Below are positions 8,993 to 17,169 of a stretch of 64,000 bases of DNA, in pieces. This DNA comes from an uncultured Pedobacter sp. (lineage in GTDB: Bacteria > Bacteroidota > Bacteroidia > Sphingobacteriales > Sphingobacteriaceae): NCBI GenBank assembly GCA_965650335.1, contig CBFGOI010000003.1, positions 28,152-92,151 of the forward strand. The letters run 5' to 3'. The translations under genes were made by a program, and so were the position numbers. Within the stretch, counting starts at the first letter, position 1, and each line of letters opens with the position of its first letter. Under the pieces are notes generated by a model. The model was not told the DNA's origin. It saw only the letters and a list, made by a program, of their open reading frames with translations, and did not search any database.

Positions 8993-9556
8993 TTATTTCA
9001 TTTCGTCTAAAGCAAGATTAAGCTCTAAAACGTTCACAGACGAAGGTCCGAATAAGCCCATTAATGGCTTCCTAGTATTTTTTTCAACAAGCTCCTTAAT
9101 TTGTTGCGCATCTAAATTTCGATTAGCGGCAACACGTTTTACCTGAATGTCGGCAGCCTCCACAGAGATATTGGGATCTAACCCGCTGCCAGATGCTGTT
9201 ACCATATCAGCTGGAATTTGATATTTGTGAAGATAGGGGTGATATTTTAACAAGGTATCTATCCTTTCACCAACTTCAGTTAAATAATCCGGATTTGATG
9301 GCCCCTTATTTGAACCTGCCGAACCAGCAGCATTATAGCCAATCGCAGAGGGTCTTCCCCAGAAATATTGGGCGCTTGTAAACGATTGACCTATTAAAGC
9401 GTAACCCACAACTTTGCCATCTTTCATTATTTTTTCTCCCCCGCCCTTTCCTTTCGAAAATTTACCTGCAAAAGCAACTGCCAGAGGATAAATTACACAT
9501 AACAGCACCAGAAGTACCAGCGTAAGTCGTATAGATTGTAAAATGTATTTTTTCAT
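8993..9556 (-). CDS. kdpC: K+-transporting ATPase subunit C
   Basis: N-terminal TM, ALIGQSF, YFWGRPSA, DMVTASGSGLDPNIS and VNVLELNLALD. Confidence 0.96.
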   Translation of the reverse strand: MKKYILQSIRLTLVLLVLLCVIYPLAVAFAGKFSKGKGGGEKIMKDGKVVGYALIGQSFTSAQYFWGRPSAIGYNAAGSAGSNKGPSNPDYLTEVGERIDTLLKYHPYLHKYQIPADMVTASGSGLDPNISVEAADIQVKRVAANRNLDAQQIKELVEKNTRKPLMGLFGPSSVNVLELNLALDEMK

Positions 9557-9567
9557 GAATTCTATAT

Positions 9568-11601
9568 TTAAACAAATAAGCCAACTGCCAAATCAATAAC
9601 CTTGATTCCGATAAAGGGAGCTACTACGCCGCCAATACCATAAATGAACAAATTTCGTCTAAGCAAGGCTGTAGCACCTATGGGCTTGTAAGCCACCCCT
9701 TTTAAAGCAAGCGGAATTAGGATCGGAATTATGATAGCATTGAAAATTACTGCCGAAAGGATAGCACTTTCCGGCGTGTGCAGCCCCATAATATTAAGGC
9801 TTTGCAACGCTGGGATTGAAGCGATGAACAAAGCAGGAACGATCGCAAAATATTTGGCCACGTCGTTTGCAATAGAGAATGTTGTGAGCGTGCCCCTGGT
9901 GATTAGTAACTGTTTTCCAATTTCAACTATTTCAATCAGTTTAGTAGGGTCATTATCCAAATCGACCATGTTACCTGCTTCTTTCGCTGCCTGAGTTCCG
10001 CTGTTCATAGCTACACCTACATCTGCCTGCGCAAGTGCGGGGGCATCATTGGTGCCATCACCCATCATGGCGACGAGTTTTCCAAGAGCCTGCTCACTTT
10101 TGATATAGTTCATTTTATCTTCTGGTGTTGCTTCTGCGATAAAATCGTCTACTCCGGCTTTTTCAGCAATATACTTTGCCGTTAATGGGTTATCTCCGGT
10201 AACCATTACCGTTTTAACCCCCATTTTACGGAGACGTTCAAAACGTTCGCTAATGCCAGGCTTAATAATGTCCTGTAATTCGATTACTCCCAGAGCTCTT
10301 TCATTTTCTGATACCACCAGCGGTGTACCGCCGTTTCTGGCAATCGCTTTCGCCTGGTCTTCAATATCATCTGGAAAAATATTTCCAGCTTTTTGAACAA
10401 TGTTTCGAATTGAATCTACAGCCCCTTTTCTGATTCGTATTCCATCGGGCATATTGATTCCGCTGGACCGGGTTTCGGCAGTAAATCTGATAAATTCTGA
10501 ATTAGCATGGGCCACAAGTACTACGTTTGGATCTTGGGTCAAAGCCAATTCAATAATGGATTTCCCTTCAGGAGTTTCATCAGACAGCGAACTTAAAACG
10601 CATGCATTTGAAAAGCTTTGCATAACCACACCAACAGCAGGATAAAAATTAGTTGCTTTCCTGTTTCCAATTGTAATGGTTCCGGTTTTATCTAGTAATA
10701 GCACGTCAATATCTCCTGCTGTTTCTACCGCCTTACCCGATTTCGTAATTACATTGGCACGTAATGCCCTGTCCATACCTGCAATGCCAATCGCCGAAAG
10801 CAAACCGCCAATGGTGGTTGGAATAAGACATACAAATAGCGAAATAAGTGCTGCTATGGTAATGGGCGTATTTGCATAGTCGGCAAAGGGCTTTAGCGTT
10901 ATACACACTATTATAAATACGATGGTAAAGCTAGCTAGTAAAATAGTTAATGCAATTTCGTTTGGTGTTTTTTGACGTGAGGCGCCTTCTACCAAAGCAA
11001 TCATTTTATCCAAAAAACTCTCGCCGGGCTCAGTAGTCACCATCACCTTAATTTGATCTGAAAGTACTTTGGTTCCACCTGTTACAGATGATTTATCACC
11101 ACCCGACTCGCGGATAACCGGAGCTGATTCTCCGGTTATGGCAGATTCATCGATCGTTGCGATTCCTACTACAATCTCACCATCTGCAGGTATAATATCT
11201 CCGGCTTCGCAGAAAAAAACATCCCCTTTTTTTAGTTGGCTTGATGAACGGGTTTCAATTGTGCCATTAACCAATACAACCTTCGCTGGTGTATCTTCGC
11301 GGGTTTTTCTTAAACTGTCAGCCTGCGCTCTGCCTCTGGCTTCAGCTATTGCTTCGGCAAAGTTGGCAAAAAGTAATGTTAGCAGTAAAATAAGGAAGAT
11401 GAAAAAGTTATATATGGGAGAGCCCTGGCCACTGTGATTAATAGAATAGAATGTAACATAAGCCATAATGAGTGTCCCGATTTCTACCGTAAACATCACA
11501 GGGTTTTTAATCATCACCCTTGGATCCAGTTTAGTGAACGATTGTGACAGTGCGGTTTGCACCAGAGCTGGCTCAAATAATTTATTTGATTGAGGTTTCA
11601 T
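9568..11601 (-). CDS. kdpB: K+-transporting ATPase subunit B
   Basis: P-type ATPase motifs [24 protein letters not shown] phosphorylation site, MVTGDN and [13 protein letters not shown]. Confidence 0.98.
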   Translation of the reverse strand: MKPQSNKLFEPALVQTALSQSFTKLDPRVMIKNPVMFTVEIGTLIMAYVTFYSINHSGQGSPIYNFFIFLILLLTLLFANFAEAIAEARGRAQADSLRKTREDTPAKVVLVNGTIETRSSSQLKKGDVFFCEAGDIIPADGEIVVGIATIDESAITGESAPVIRESGGDKSSVTGGTKVLSDQIKVMVTTEPGESFLDKMIALVEGASRQKTPNEIALTILLASFTIVFIIVCITLKPFADYANTPITIAALISLFVCLIPTTIGGLLSAIGIAGMDRALRANVITKSGKAVETAGDIDVLLLDKTGTITIGNRKATNFYPAVGVVMQSFSNACVLSSLSDETPEGKSIIELALTQDPNVVLVAHANSEFIRFTAETRSSGINMPDGIRIRKGAVDSIRNIVQKAGNIFPDDIEDQAKAIARNGGTPLVVSENERALGVIELQDIIKPGISERFERLRKMGVKTVMVTGDNPLTAKYIAEKAGVDDFIAEATPEDKMNYIKSEQALGKLVAMMGDGTNDAPALAQADVGVAMNSGTQAAKEAGNMVDLDNDPTKLIEIVEIGKQLLITRGTLTTFSIANDVAKYFAIVPALFIASIPALQSLNIMGLHTPESAILSAVIFNAIIIPILIPLALKGVAYKPIGATALLRRNLFIYGIGGVVAPFIGIKVIDLAVGLFV

Positions 11602-13323
11602 TTACTTATTAATAAGGGTAAAGTATTCGGCTATCGGACCTAAAGCCAATGCCGGGAAATAAGAAAGAGCATTAAGTAGAGCTATCACGGCAAATGTCAT
11701 GAGAGCGAAAGTCATGGTATCGGTTCTTAGAGTGCCCGCTGATTCCGGAATGAATTTTTTAGAAGCCAGCAGTCCGGCAATAGCCACAGGACCAATAATT
11801 GGAAGAAAGCGGCCAAGTATTAACACAAACCCTGTTAAAACATTCCAGAAAATATTGTTATCCCCCAGACCTTCAAAACCGGAACCATTATTTGCATTAG
11901 ACGATGTGACTTCATAAAGCATTTCCGAAAAGCCGTGAAAACCAGGATTATTTAACCAATTAGCAGGCCTAATTGTCCATGTAGCATCTCCGTAATGCTT
12001 AAAAACAAAGCTTGCCAAGGCTGTACCCGCCAGTATTAAAAACGGACTAAGCAGGGTAACAATAGCAGCAATCTTCACTTCCCTTGCTTCAACCTTATGG
12101 CCCAGAAACTCTGGTGTACGGCCAACCATCAAACCTGAAATAAATACTGCGATTATGAGGTAAATGAAGTAGTTTAAGATGCCCACCCCGCAGCCACCAT
12201 AGAACGAGTTAATCATCATCCCCAATAATTGCCACAATCCGGTAAGGGGCATAGTACTATCGTGCATACCATTGACAGAGCCGGTAGAAATTACGGTTGT
12301 AATGGTACTCCAGTAAGCAGTAGCCATCGGGCCAAAGCGCACCTCTTTGCCCTCCATCGCTCCGGTTGCCTGAGAGATTTGCATTTTACTGATAGCTGGA
12401 TTACCCCTTAATTCGCTGCTGATAGTTGGAATAAGTAAAAGAAGAAATCCAATGGTCATTATTCCAAAAATCGTATAGGCAAGTTTCTTTCTGCGGATAA
12501 AGCATCCAAACGCGAGAACCATGGCAATGGGAATAATCATTTGCGAAATAGCCTCTACCATATCAGTAAGGTAATTCGGATTCTCAAACGGATGAGTTGA
12601 GTTGGCACCAAACCAGCCACCTCCGTTTGTCCCTAAGTGCTTTATGGCAATCATTGCGGCAGCCGGACCTCTCGATACGTTTATCGTATCGCCCTGCATC
12701 GATATGAATTGATCTTTCCCCTCATAGCTTGATGGTGTTCCATTAAAGGCCAGTATGATGGCTATAACTAAGGACAAGGGGAGGAGCAGGCGGGTAATGG
12801 ATTTGATAAAATATTCCCAGAAGTTACCTAATGTAGTAGTTGTTTTATCGCGAAAGGCTTTGAAGAATATAACTGCTGATGCGATTCCGGTAGCTGCACT
12901 AACGAAATGGAGAAACATTATTACAAAGTGCTGGGTAAGATAACTTACTCCAGATTCTCCCGAATAATGCTGCAAATTACAGTTCGCCACGAAGCTAATA
13001 ATTGTATTAAAGGAGAGATCGGGTGTCATTCCGGGATTGCCATCCGGGTTGAGCGGTAATTTATCCTGATAAAGAAGGACAAAGAAGCCATACACCAGCC
13101 AAACAGAGTTGATAGTAAGCATAGCTTTGAGCTGCTGCTTCCAATTCATTTGCTCTCTGGGGTTAATTCCCGAAAGTTTATAGATGCTCCTTTCCACGGG
13201 ATTTAGAAAGTCTGTCCAGGTCTTTTCTCCTGCAAATACCTTTGCAAGATATTTACTTAGAGGAATAGCAATTAGCAGCGTAAGCAGATAGGTAGCAATA
13301 ATTCCCAGTAATTCTGTGTTCAT
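11602..13323 (-). CDS. kdpA: K+-transporting ATPase subunit A
   Basis: NLQHYSGE, KHLGTNGGG, NSTHPFENP, STGSVNGMHDS, GRTPEFLG, NNGSGFEGL and ALALGPIAE. Confidence 0.98.
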   Translation of the reverse strand: MNTELLGIIATYLLTLLIAIPLSKYLAKVFAGEKTWTDFLNPVERSIYKLSGINPREQMNWKQQLKAMLTINSVWLVYGFFVLLYQDKLPLNPDGNPGMTPDLSFNTIISFVANCNLQHYSGESGVSYLTQHFVIMFLHFVSAATGIASAVIFFKAFRDKTTTTLGNFWEYFIKSITRLLLPLSLVIAIILAFNGTPSSYEGKDQFISMQGDTINVSRGPAAAMIAIKHLGTNGGGWFGANSTHPFENPNYLTDMVEAISQMIIPIAMVLAFGCFIRRKKLAYTIFGIMTIGFLLLLIPTISSELRGNPAISKMQISQATGAMEGKEVRFGPMATAYWSTITTVISTGSVNGMHDSTMPLTGLWQLLGMMINSFYGGCGVGILNYFIYLIIAVFISGLMVGRTPEFLGHKVEAREVKIAAIVTLLSPFLILAGTALASFVFKHYGDATWTIRPANWLNNPGFHGFSEMLYEVTSSNANNGSGFEGLGDNNIFWNVLTGFVLILGRFLPIIGPVAIAGLLASKKFIPESAGTLRTDTMTFALMTFAVIALLNALSYFPALALGPIAEYFTLINK

Positions 13324-13331
13324 AGCTTGAA

Positions 13332-13409
13332 TTAAAATTTTTCAGGTTTAAGCAGGACGTATATCATGTACACGAAGACTGCAACTGCGATAATGAATAA
13401 TGCGATCAT
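13332..13409 (-). CDS. kdpF: KdpF, 25-aa membrane subunit
   Basis: Manual translation MIALFIIAVAVFVYMIYVLLKPEKF*: a hydrophobic helix ending in the Y-L-x-P-E-K-F signature, 8 nt upstream of kdpA. Below the ORF-track size limit. Confidence 0.92.
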   Translation of the reverse strand: MIALFIIAVAVFVYMIYVLLKPEKF

Positions 13410-13412
13410 GAT

Positions 13413-13496
13413 TTAGATTTTTTCGAACCAGTCAATGGATTTAAAAAATAGCCACATACAAAGAAACAGGGCGAGGGAGAGAAGTATTACCAGCAT
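13413..13496 (-). CDS. 27-aa single-TM peptide upstream of kdpF
   Basis: Manual translation MLVILLSLALFLCMWLFFKSIDWFEKI*. The stop lies 3 nt before the kdpF ATG. Confidence 0.7.
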   Translation of the reverse strand: MLVILLSLALFLCMWLFFKSIDWFEKI

Positions 13497-13520
13497 ATCT
13501 TGATTGTTTTCACCAACAAG

Positions 13521-13535
13521 GCTACTTCAATGCCA
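13521..13535 (-). promoter_or_regulatory. Putative sigma54 (-24/-12) promoter of the kdp operon
   Basis: Minus strand TGGCATTGAAGTAGC has exact GG-N10-GC spacing (consensus TGGCAC-N5-TTGC). It is 24 nt upstream of the peptide ATG, and a GAFTGA enhancer-binding protein is encoded next door. Confidence 0.65.
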
Positions 13536-13609
13536 GAATACTGTTATTTTCGTAATCGATTAATGTACAGTCGTTTATAATAACTGCACAAAACAATGAG
13601 GGCTAATAA

Positions 13610-13646
13610 ACAAAGAAACCCTTCCATTTTGGAAGGGTTTCTTTGT
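13610..13646 (-). terminator. Perfect 16-bp inverted repeat: terminator of the regulator gene and/or enhancer (UAS) site
   Basis: acaaagaaacccttcc-atttt-ggaagggtttctttgt, 24 nt past the regulator stop and followed by TTATT on the minus strand. Confidence 0.6.
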
Positions 13647-13670
13647 CAATATGGAGTGGTATAGCGGTGC

Positions 13671-14999
13671 TTATATCCTGAACTCTTCTATTTTACGATA
13701 TAAGGTAGTGAGTCCAATTCCCATAAGTCGGGCTGCTTCAGTTTTGTTACCGCCAGTATATTTTAAGATACGCTGAATATGCAGTTTTTCTATTGCTGCC
13801 AATTCAAATGTATTTTCAGGTAGCGGCGAGCTTTCATCAAATTCAAACGGTAACACATTCAACGACAAAGCCGGGGCATCCGAGAGGATTAGAGCTCTTT
13901 CGATCACATTCTTTAACTCCCTGATATTGCCTTTCCAAGTATGACTTTTAAGCTTGGACAAAAAATATTCATCAACTGCAGGAACTGGTTTGTTTAGCTT
14001 CTGAGCAAATTGTTGAATATAATATTTGACTAATTGAGGTATATCTTCGGTGCGATTGTTCAAAGATGGGAGTTGAATAATGAATACAGACAACCTGTAA
14101 AAAAGATCTTCCCTGAAATGTCCTGCCTTGATTTCTTCCTGTAAATTTCGGTTGGTTGCTGCGATTATCCTTACATCCGTCCTGGTTGTTTTTGTATCCC
14201 CAACTTTGATAAATGCCCCGTCTTCAAGCACTCGCAATAATTTGGCTTGCAAATCGACACTCATTTCACCAATCTCATCGAGAAAGATCGTACCATGATC
14301 AGCCTCTTCAAACAATCCTTTTTTATCCTTCAAGGCACCAGTAAAAGCTCCCGCTTTATATCCGAATAATTCACTTTCAAGAATATCTTTCCCAAAAGCA
14401 CTGCAATTAACTGCGACAAAGCTTTGATCTTTCCGTTTGCTGCTTTGATGAATCGCCTGCGCAAAAATCTCTTTTCCTGTACCAGTTTCGCCCAGTAGCA
14501 AAACAGTAGTATCTGTGCGGGCAACTTTCTGAGCTAAATCTTTCGCGTGCAGTATGGCTTCAGATTTCCCAATTATAACGTCAAATCCGTAGCGTTTTTC
14601 AAGCTTTTGTTCGAGCTGATGAACTTTCTGTTGAAGCAATGCCTTATCCATTGCCCTGGCAACTAAAGGAATAATTTTATCATTATCATCTCCTTTCGTG
14701 ATATAATCGAATGCACCATTTTTTATCGCTTGTACGCCATCAGGAATATTACCGAATGCTGTGAGATTTATTACTTCGGTTGCGGGGCTCAATTGGCGGA
14801 TCTTTATCACCAATTCTACCCCGTTACAATCGGGTAGCTTTACATCACTAAGAACTACAGGGATATCTTCTTTTTCTAAAAGCTTAAGTCCAGACTTTCC
14901 ATCTTTCGCCTGATAAACTTTATAGCCCTCAAGCTCGAGAATTCTGGAAATTAGCGAGCGAAGACGCTCTTCATCGTCTATAATTAGAATCTTTTTGAT
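13671..14999 (-). CDS. Sigma54-dependent response regulator (NtrC family: REC, AAA+, Fis-type HTH)
   Basis: The frame stays open 62 codons upstream of the track's TTG (14813): (I/M)KKILIIDDEE...VVLSDVKLPD with the phosphoacceptor Asp. Also GETGTGKE, ESELFGY, GAFTGA, LDEIGEM, RIIAATN, WKGNIREL and NKTEAARLMGIGLTTLYRKI. Start inferred at ATC 14999. Confidence 0.93.
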   Translation of the reverse strand: MKKILIIDDEERLRSLISRILELEGYKVYQAKDGKSGLKLLEKEDIPVVLSDVKLPDCNGVELVIKIRQLSPATEVINLTAFGNIPDGVQAIKNGAFDYITKGDDNDKIIPLVARAMDKALLQQKVHQLEQKLEKRYGFDVIIGKSEAILHAKDLAQKVARTDTTVLLLGETGTGKEIFAQAIHQSSKRKDQSFVAVNCSAFGKDILESELFGYKAGAFTGALKDKKGLFEEADHGTIFLDEIGEMSVDLQAKLLRVLEDGAFIKVGDTKTTRTDVRIIAATNRNLQEEIKAGHFREDLFYRLSVFIIQLPSLNNRTEDIPQLVKYYIQQFAQKLNKPVPAVDEYFLSKLKSHTWKGNIRELKNVIERALILSDAPALSLNVLPFEFDESSPLPENTFELAAIEKLHIQRILKYTGGNKTEAARLMGIGLTTLYRKIEEFRI

Positions 15000-15195
15000 G
15001 ATAAATTTTTAAACAAATAACGGGTAAAATAATGCCTCGAGCAAACTAAATATGCTGACGGGGGCTGAGAACACTTAATTGGAGTAATTTTGTTTATGGA
15101 AGAATGCCGACTGATTCCCATCCTACATTGCGGGCAGATTGTTGCTAACGATAAATTATAACTTCTAAAAAGAAAATTATGCTATTTACGGTTGT

Positions 15196-15257
15196 AAATT
15201 ATATAAAACTCTCTCAAAATTATATAAAGTCATAAATAACAATTCTTTATATATTTG
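15196..15257 (+). promoter_or_regulatory. Candidate housekeeping promoter (-7 TAnnTTTG) with upstream 12-bp direct repeats
   Basis: TATATTTG at 15250-15257, 9 nt before the ATG at 15267. aaattatataaa at 15196-15207 and 15217-15228. Confidence 0.5.
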
Positions 15258-15266
15258 CTTTTGTAA

Positions 15267-15707
15267 ATGAAATTATTCCGTACCTATATCGTACTTACGT
15301 TAGCCATGCTGATAACCTTGTCGGCAAGCGGGATAACAATTTCTTTGCATAAGTGCTGTGGTTCTATAAAAGGATTTTCGCTTTTCGCTAGTGCTCACAA
15401 ATGTGAGATGGCCGAGAAACCGGCTCCAAAAGACTGCCCCCAACATTCAAAAACATCGCTAAAGAAAACGTCCTGCTGTACAGATCAGAAAATAGTTTTA
15501 ACTAAATCCACAGACAAAGCATTTCCTGCAACTACAAATAGCCAGGTAAAAGAAACGAAACAAAACTTTGATGTTTTGTTTTTCCATACCTTAATTACCA
15601 ACTGGTTTAGTTCATCCGATCAGCAAGAAGAAGAAATACGAAAGCCATCTCCCGGCTTGTTTATCATAGAAGCATTAATTCTCTTGCTTCAGCAATTCAG
15701 ATTATAG
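15267..15707 (+). CDS. HYC_CC_PP-like Cys/His-rich protein
   Basis: N-terminal hydrophobic stretch, then LHKCCG, HKCEM, DCPQH and SCCTD. Located at the head of a metal-efflux cluster. Confidence 0.65.
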   Translation: MKLFRTYIVLTLAMLITLSASGITISLHKCCGSIKGFSLFASAHKCEMAEKPAPKDCPQHSKTSLKKTSCCTDQKIVLTKSTDKAFPATTNSQVKETKQNFDVLFFHTLITNWFSSSDQQEEEIRKPSPGLFIIEALILLLQQFRL

Positions 15708-15867
15708 GATTTTTATCAGCGACACCACCACATTTTGGTGGTCTCTAACCCATTTTGTCGGGTTAATGAACCGGTCAGCTTCGAGGTATTTGGCGTTTTA
15801 CGTCAATTTTCTCTCGCATCAATCAGCCGACCTGAATTTTTTGACTGATAATAATTAACAAAATCTC

Positions 15868-17169
15868 ATGATAGAGAAACTGATTGCATTTTCATTACGC
15901 AACAGGTTTTTAGTTCTCCTTTGTTCGGCGGCCATATTTGTATGGGGAATCTATTCTGTAAAAACCAGTAAAATTGATGCCATTCCGGATTTGTCCGAAA
16001 ATCAGGTAATTGTGTTTACCGAATGGATGGGGCGCAGTCCGCAGCTTATCGAAGACCAAATTACCTATCCACTGGTTACTAATTTGCAAGGTATTCCCAA
16101 GGTGAAGTATGTTAGGGCCAGTTCCATGTTTGGAATGAGTTTTATCTATATCATTTTTGAAGATGATACCGATACCTATTGGGCCCGATCGCGCGTTTTG
16201 GAACGCCTTAGCTCCCTCGGTACTGCCTTACCTGCAGGGGTAAAGCCCACAATGGGGCCCGATGGAACCGGTGTGGGACATGTTTTGTGGTATACTCTGG
16301 ATGCGCCCGGAATGGATTTGGGAGAACAGCGCGCCGTTCAGGATTGGTACATAAAATTCGCCCTGCAAAATGTGAAAGGAATAAGTGAAATCGCCTCTTT
16401 CGGCGGATTTCAAAAACAGTATCAAATAAGTATTGACCCCAATAAATTAAGCTATTACAAACTTGGCTTGTCAGATGTGATGCGCTCGGTAAACTCGAAC
16501 AATAACGAAGCGGGGGGCAGGAAGTTTGAAATGAGCGATATCGGGTACATCATAAAAACTACCGGATACCTGAAATCTATTGAGGAGATTGAAAATCTAT
16601 CAATTAAAACGCGCAACTCAATTCCTGTACGGATTAAAGATGTGGCTTCTGTAGAAATGTCGGGCGAAAGCCGCCTGGGTATTTTTGATTATAACGGCCA
16701 GGGCGAAGCCGTAGGCGGAATTGCTGTTTTGCGGTACGGAGAAAATGCTGATGAAGTAATTGGTCGACTGAAAAATAAAATGAAAGAGGTGAGCAAGGGC
16801 TTACCTGCGGGACTAAAGTTTAACATTGTTTACGACAGGGGCGAACTGATCGAAGAATCGATTTCGTCTATAAAAACGACTTTAATCGAAGAGATGATAG
16901 TCGTTTCACTCATCGTACTACTATTCCTTCTGCATTGGAGAAGTGCTATCAGTATTATTATTCAAATCCCTATTACCATTGCTGCCAGCTTTATCGTATT
17001 GAACGCGTTCGACATCAGTTCAAACATCATGTCTTTAACTGGGATTGCCCTTGCCATAGGGGTAATTGTTGACAATGGAATTATAATGGCCGAGAATGCA
17101 TACCGGCATCTTGCAGTAAGACAGGCGGAGTTAACTGCTTTGCAGAAAGGAGAAACTAATGTTAAATAA
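15868..17169 (+). CDS. cusA: CusA/SilA-type heavy-metal RND permease, N-terminal part (TM1-TM4 plus first periplasmic half)
   Basis: IDAIPDLSENQVIVFTEW, EDQITYPL, LGPDGTGVG-like segment (MGPDGTGVG) and TM4 MSLTGIALAIGVIVDNGIIMAEN. The ORF stops just after TM4. Confidence 0.88.
   Translation: MIEKLIAFSLRNRFLVLLCSAAIFVWGIYSVKTSKIDAIPDLSENQVIVFTEWMGRSPQLIEDQITYPLVTNLQGIPKVKYVRASSMFGMSFIYIIFEDDTDTYWARSRVLERLSSLGTALPAGVKPTMGPDGTGVGHVLWYTLDAPGMDLGEQRAVQDWYIKFALQNVKGISEIASFGGFQKQYQISIDPNKLSYYKLGLSDVMRSVNSNNNEAGGRKFEMSDIGYIIKTTGYLKSIEEIENLSIKTRNSIPVRIKDVASVEMSGESRLGIFDYNGQGEAVGGIAVLRYGENADEVIGRLKNKMKEVSKGLPAGLKFNIVYDRGELIEESISSIKTTLIEEMIVVSLIVLLFLLHWRSAISIIIQIPITIAASFIVLNAFDISSNIMSLTGIALAIGVIVDNGIIMAENAYRHLAVRQAELTALQKGETNVK

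Noticed and set aside
15731-15758. cattttg motif shared between the cus spacer hairpins and the kdp palindrome core
   Set aside because: The match is too short for AT-rich DNA, so there is no basis for shared regulation.
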